Assembly: GCF_004010195.1 (NCBI RefSeq)
Contig: NC_057718.1
Span: 73,554,234 to 73,577,690 of the forward strand
From: Chiloscyllium plagiosum
Taxonomy: Eukaryota
Length of the DNA: 23,457 nucleotides
Reading direction: 5' to 3'
Shown here: in pieces, positions 19,081 to 23,457 of the stretch
Layout of the letters: every line of letters begins with the position of its first letter
Position numbering within the stretch: the stretch's first letter is position 1
Position numbers and translations under genes: made by a program
Notes under the pieces: generated by a model
Seen by the model: the letters and a program-made list of their open reading frames with translations, nothing else
Databases searched by the model: none
What the model was told of the DNA's origin: nothing

Positions 19081-19221
19081 CACTCTCTGCTCATTCCTGA
19101 GGAAGGGCATGTGCCCGAAACGTCGAATCTCCTTTTCCCTAGATGCTGTCTGACCTGCTGTGCTGTTCCAGCAATAAAGTTTCAGCTTTGATCTCCAGCG
19201 TCTGCAGACCTCACTTTCTCC
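19081..19221 (+). mobile_element. Short Penelope-like 3' terminal fragment with 10-bp TSD
   Basis: TSD tcataacaaa at 19071-19080 and 19222-19231. Homologous to 6941-7056 with the same 3' end (cctcactttctc). Internal AATAAA. Confidence 0.88.
19093..19128 (+). ncRNA. Minimal type I hammerhead ribozyme, intact core
   Basis: Stem I attc/gaat; CTGAGGA 19097-19103; extra A; stem II gggc(atgt)gccc; GAAA 19117-19120; palindromic ACGT stem III; GUC ending at 19124. Confidence 0.87.
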
Positions 19222-19414
19222 TCATAACAAAGTCTATCCGTTTAACATAGTGGTGATAGTGTAATTAATCCTTAGTTTGAAGAGGAGTCTTTGTCGCAAC
19301 GAGGACTTTGTGGTGGTCACAAAGGTAGATTGGTCAGGACGATCAAGAGCTACAAGTTCCTAAAAATTGAAGTCCTACATACAGAGTACATTTTGTACCC
19401 TTTCCATCCTCAAA

Positions 19415-19697
19415 GGTGGTTCGTGGTTAGCACTGCTACCTCACAGCACCAGGAACCTGGATTCAATTCTATCCTCTGGCAACTGTTTGTTTGTATTTTC
19501 ACATTCTCCTCATGTCTGCATGGATTTCGTCTGGGTGCTCTGGTTTCCTCCCACAGTCCAAAGAAGTGTAGGCAAGGTAGAATAGCCATGGGAAATGCAG
19601 GGTTGTAGGGATAGGGTGGGATGCTCTTCAGAGCGCCAGTGTCGACTTGATGGTCTGAATGGTCTATTTCCACACTGGAGGGATTCTGTGATTCATG
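19415..19697 (+). mobile_element. HE1-type SINE
   Basis: Head gtggttagcactgctacctcacagcaccagg, B-box-like ggattcaattc, body ggtttcctcccacagtccaaaga, CR1-like tail tttccacactggagggattctgtgatt. Confidence 0.88.
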
Positions 19698-20698
19698 TTT
19701 CCTCCAAGTGTGTTGTTTAACATGGAGAAGTACAGATTCTTCAGCCAAGGCGGAGCAGTTTAGGTGGTAATGAACAGGAGATTTCCTTGTCCATCTATGA
19801 CCCACTGTCATGAGATTTCATGCCAGAGTCTATGTTGAGGACTCCAAGGACAATTCCTTTGTGAGTATATATCACTGTGATGCCACTTGAAATAGAACTG
19901 CCCTGCCAGTGGGACAGTGTCTGACAGGGATGATTCTGAGTATGATTATGCCAGGCTGTTACCTGAATAGTCTGCAGGACAGTTCTCCCAATCAATTTTA
20001 ACGTAAGTCCCCAGATGGTAGTAGGAAGCTTTTCCAAGGTCAACTTGATTATGTGTTGTCATTTCTGATGCATAGTCTGTTGTCAGGTGGTCCACCTGGT
20101 TTCATTCCCTTCATTACAACTGAAATAGTTTGACATGACTGGGCGGCTTGCCAGACCATTACACAGATAGTTATGAGTCAACCACATTGATCAATGTGGT
20201 TCACTATTTTTTAATGACAACTATTTTGACCACTCTCGAGTTTACTGGTATACATCAGCTCATTGACGAACTTTCCAGAACCTCTACAATTTCATCCTTT
20301 CTTTATATCAGAATCTTTAGATTTGTTTTGGTCACAGTTCCACCTTTAGCTAAACAAACTACTTCAGTACTTTCATTTCATGTATTGTGTATGAGGTCAG
20401 AATTAGTCTTTTCCCCAATAAATATTATTTTAGTTATTAATAAAATGAAGTGTTTGTTACATAACTTTGCCAACTTCTCTTTCCCTTCCAACATCATTAT
20501 TCTTTTTTCCCCCAAGGTTCAACTGCATGTTCAATAAATCCTTTTACTAACAAATGCAAATAATATCTTGCTAATCTTAATTTGTCTCAGTCTCACATAC
20601 TATCTCTTAATATCTTGTCCATCTCAAATTTAATTCTATCGTAGTATTCCTACGGCGTGTGGACACAGGCCATTCAGCCCGTCAAGTCCACACTGACA

Positions 20699-20939
20699 CT
20701 CCAAAGAGCAACCGACCATGTCCTATCCCTGTCACCCTGTATTTCCCGAGGCTAACCCATCTAGCCTACATATCCTACATATCAAGGGTAATTTAGCATG
20801 GCTAATCCACCTTCACATCTCCAAAGAGCAACCGACCATGTCCTATCCCTGTCACCCTGTATTTCCCGAGGCTAACCCATCTAGCCTACATATCCATAGA
20901 TTTCAAGGGTAATTTAGCATGGCTAATCCACCTTCACAT
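20699..20939 (+). repeat. Tandem duplication, 120/121-bp units
   Basis: 20699-20818 and 20819-20939 are identical except a short patch (tacata vs atagatt). Confidence 0.95.
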
Positions 20940-21560
20940 AGAGTCATAGAATCCTAGAGATGTACAGCATAGAAACAGACCCTTCGGTCCAACCTGTCCA
21001 TGCCGACCAGATATCCCAACCCAATCTAGTCCCACCTGCCAGCACCCGGCCCATATCCCTCCAAACCCTTCCTATGCCTCTTAAATGTTGCAATTGTACC
21101 AGCCTCCACCACATTCTCTGGCAGCTCATTCCATACACATACCACCCTCTGTGTGAAAAAGTTGCCCCTTAGGTCTCTTTTATATATTTCCCCTCTCACC
21201 CTAAACCTATGCCCTCTAGTTCTGGACTCCCCAACCCCAGGGAAAAGACTTTGTCTATTTATCCTAAGCTTGCCCCTCATAATTTTGTAAACCTCTAAAG
21301 CAAATCTTAGCAGGACTTATACACTTAATGGTAAGGTCCTAGGGAGTGTTGCTGAACAAAGAGACCTTGGAGTGCAGGTTCATAGCTCCTTGAAAGTGGA
21401 GTCGCAGGTAGATAGGATAGTGAAGAAGGCATTTGGTATGCTTTCCTTTATTGGTCAGAGTACTGAGTACAGGAGTTGGGAGGTCATGTTGCGGCTGTAC
21501 AGGACATTGGTTAGGCCACTGTTGGAATATTGCGTGCAATTCTGGTCTCCTTCCTATTGG
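20940..21560. mobile_element. CR1 insertion with 5' inversion
   Basis: 20940-21297 is the CR1 3' end on the minus strand; 21298-21560 is an upstream CR1 segment on the plus strand (LEYCVQFWSPSY). Confidence 0.88.
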
Positions 21561-21753
21561 GATTTTGGCAGGAAACCAGAACACCTGCAGGAACAGACAC
21601 AGGGAGAATGTTCAAACTCCACACAGTCTCCCCGACGGTGGGATTGAACCCGGGTCCCTGGCGCTGTTGGCTTTTCACTTTTTCTTATTTTAATCGTACC
21701 AAAGGACCATTTCTATTTTAATTGATTTCAAACTTGTAGTTCTGTATGTCTAT

Positions 21754-22054
21754 CATGGTGGCTCAGTGGTTAGCACTGCTGTCTCACTGCACCAGGGACC
21801 TGGGTTTAATTCTACCCTGAGTTGACTGTCTGTGGGGAGTTTGCACACTCCCCCCGTGCCTGGGTGGGTTTCCTCCGTGAGTCTAAAGATGTGTGGGTAA
21901 CGTAGACTGGCCATGCTAAATTGCCCATAGTCTTCAGAGATATGCAGACTAGGTGGATTAGAAATGGGAAATGGAGGGTTACAGAGATAGGGGATGCTCA
22001 TCAGAGGGTTGTTGCAGACTCGATGGGCTGAATAGCCTGATTCCACATTCTAGG
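21754..22054 (+). mobile_element. HE1-type SINE, near full length
   Basis: A box tggctcagtgg, B-box-like gggtttaattc, body ggagtttgcacactcccccgtg...ggccatgctaaattgccc. Confidence 0.9.
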
Positions 22055-22469
22055 CAACCTGAAATTGGATATTGTTTTTCATAGTACATCAATACAAACC
22101 TGGAACTTCTGCCAGGACTGTTCAGGATTTGGGATATGCAGCAGAGTGGACTTTCTCACACCTACAAATACCACAGAAAAACTTTAGGAAAAACAGACAG
22201 AAAATAAAGAGGAAGCATGACTGGGGCTTCAAATGAAGCTAAATTAGACAACAATACCATAGTCTATGCAGCTAAGCCCCTTCTCCTCCACCACCCACCA
22301 ACTATTCAGGCCAGATTCCAGCCTCATAGCAATTTGGAATCTTAGCTTATTACTGGAAACTATAGTGTCTGTCCACATTTTCAGCTCAGAGCCAATACTG
22401 TGCTCACCATTGCTTGAAGCAACATATTTTCACTTGGACCTTGGATCCTGGCTGAAGCAGAAATGGATC

Positions 22470-23457
22470 AATGAAAAGGAGAATATTGTAGAGGAGAAGA
22501 ATGAGGTACGAGATATTAGACTAGAAAGCATCGAGGTTGGTTACGCACAGGTGTTACCAATTCAAGAAGGAGTGAAAGTAGACAAGTCCCCTGGGCCGGA
22601 TGGGATTTATCCGAGGATTCTCTGGGAAGCTAGGGAGGAGATAGCAGTGCCTTTGGCTTTGATATTTGAGTCGTCATTGTCTACAGGTTTAGTACCTGAG
22701 GACTGGAGGATTGCAAATGTTGTGCCCTTGTTGAAGAAGGGCAGCTGAGATGACCCAGGTAATTACAGACCAGTGAGCCTTACTTCTGCTGTAGGAAGGT
22801 TTTGGAAAGGATTGTGAGAGATAAGATTTATAATCATCTAGCAAGCAACAATTTGATTTCAGATAGTCAACATGGTTTCGTCAAGGGCAGGTCATGTCTC
22901 TCAAACCTCATTGAGTTTTTTGAGAAGGTGACCAAGCATGTAGATGAGGGTAGGGCAGTTGACGTGGTATACTTGGACTTCAGTAAAGCCTTTGATAACG
23001 TTCCACATGGTAGGCTGATGGAGAAAATACAGAGGCATGGAATTGAAGGTGATTTAGCAGTTTGGAATACAAACTGGCTTTCTGGAAGGAGCCAGCGAGT
23101 GGTGGTTGATGGCAAACATCAGTCTGGAGTCCAGTAACTAGTGGTGTGGCACAAGGATCTGTTTTGGGACCACTGCTGTTTGTCATTTTTATAAATGGCT
23201 TAGACGCAGGCATAAGTGGATGGATTAGTAAATTTGCAGACGACACTAAAGTCGGTGGAGTAGTGGACAGTTTGGAAGAATGTCACAGGTTGCAGGGGGA
23301 CTTGGATAAACTGCAGAATTGGGCTGAGAGGTGACAAATGGAGTTCAATGCAGCTAAATGTGAGTTAATGCACTTTGGGAAGAATAACAGGATGGCAGAG
23401 TACTTGGTCAATGGAAAGATTCTTGTTAGTGTGGATGTGCAGAGGGATCTTGGAGTC
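22470..23457 (+). mobile_element. CR1 LINE RT region, decayed, runs off the window end
   Basis: [65 protein letters not shown]; contains in-frame stops. Confidence 0.95.

Larger units (their letters stand above)
16437..20190 (-). mobile_element. Near-full-length LINE-B copy (SINE-body end, APE, RT, tail), interrupted by a CR1 tail, PLEs, a solo LTR and an HE1
   Basis: Collinear on the minus strand: body end aatgtggttgactc (20175-20188), APE (TIWGLTLKL, GIVLGVLNIDSG, ESVLLHV), post-APE region 19232-19350, RT AGVPQ...FINNLPS (~17370-17441), DQELNWISHIN...SPLAWMSA (ORF 16740-17063), tail 16441-16506. Confidence 0.8.
20645..21666 (-). mobile_element. HE1-type SINE split by a CR1 insertion, with an internal tandem duplication
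   Basis: Tail and body at 20645-20939; remainder at 21560-21666 with B box gggttcaatccc (rc). Confidence 0.8.

Noticed and set aside
20148..20537. 129-aa ORF as a host gene
   Set aside because: Non-ATG start inside a LINE remnant, AT-rich low-information translation, no recognisable domain.
21754..21830. tRNA gene
   Set aside because: A/B boxes continue directly into the HE1 SINE body; no complete cloverleaf or terminator.
22055..22469. N-terminal half of the 160-aa ORF 22266-22748 as a host-RT fusion
   Set aside because: Only the part from ~22470 is CR1; the upstream part has no recognisable domain or splice evidence, and the frame stops at 22748.

Overview
Vertebrate DNA made almost entirely of nested, decayed retroelements; I find no supportable host exon. 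HE1-type SINEs and HER1/CR1-type LINEs point to a shark (inference). The window holds a Gypsy pol/LTR remnant, a solo LTR, an L2, about ten CR1 pieces, several HE1 SINEs and seven Penelope-like (PLE) insertions. Two signals stand out. (1) A second LINE family ('LINE-B', APE endonuclease + RT) has a 5' end made of a tRNA-like Pol III head plus SINE body joined almost directly to the endonuclease, with no room for ORF1. Its 3' tail matches a short SINE in the same window, so that SINE looks like an internally deleted LINE-B. (2) The PLE termini carry minimal hammerhead ribozyme motifs, two with essentially intact cores (14249-14288, 19093-19128). Several junctions also preserve retrotransposition footprints: reiterated 3'-coterminal copies, a twin-priming inversion, fold-back palindromes and TSDs. 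Family names come from recalled motifs, not database searches, and boundaries of old elements are approximate.
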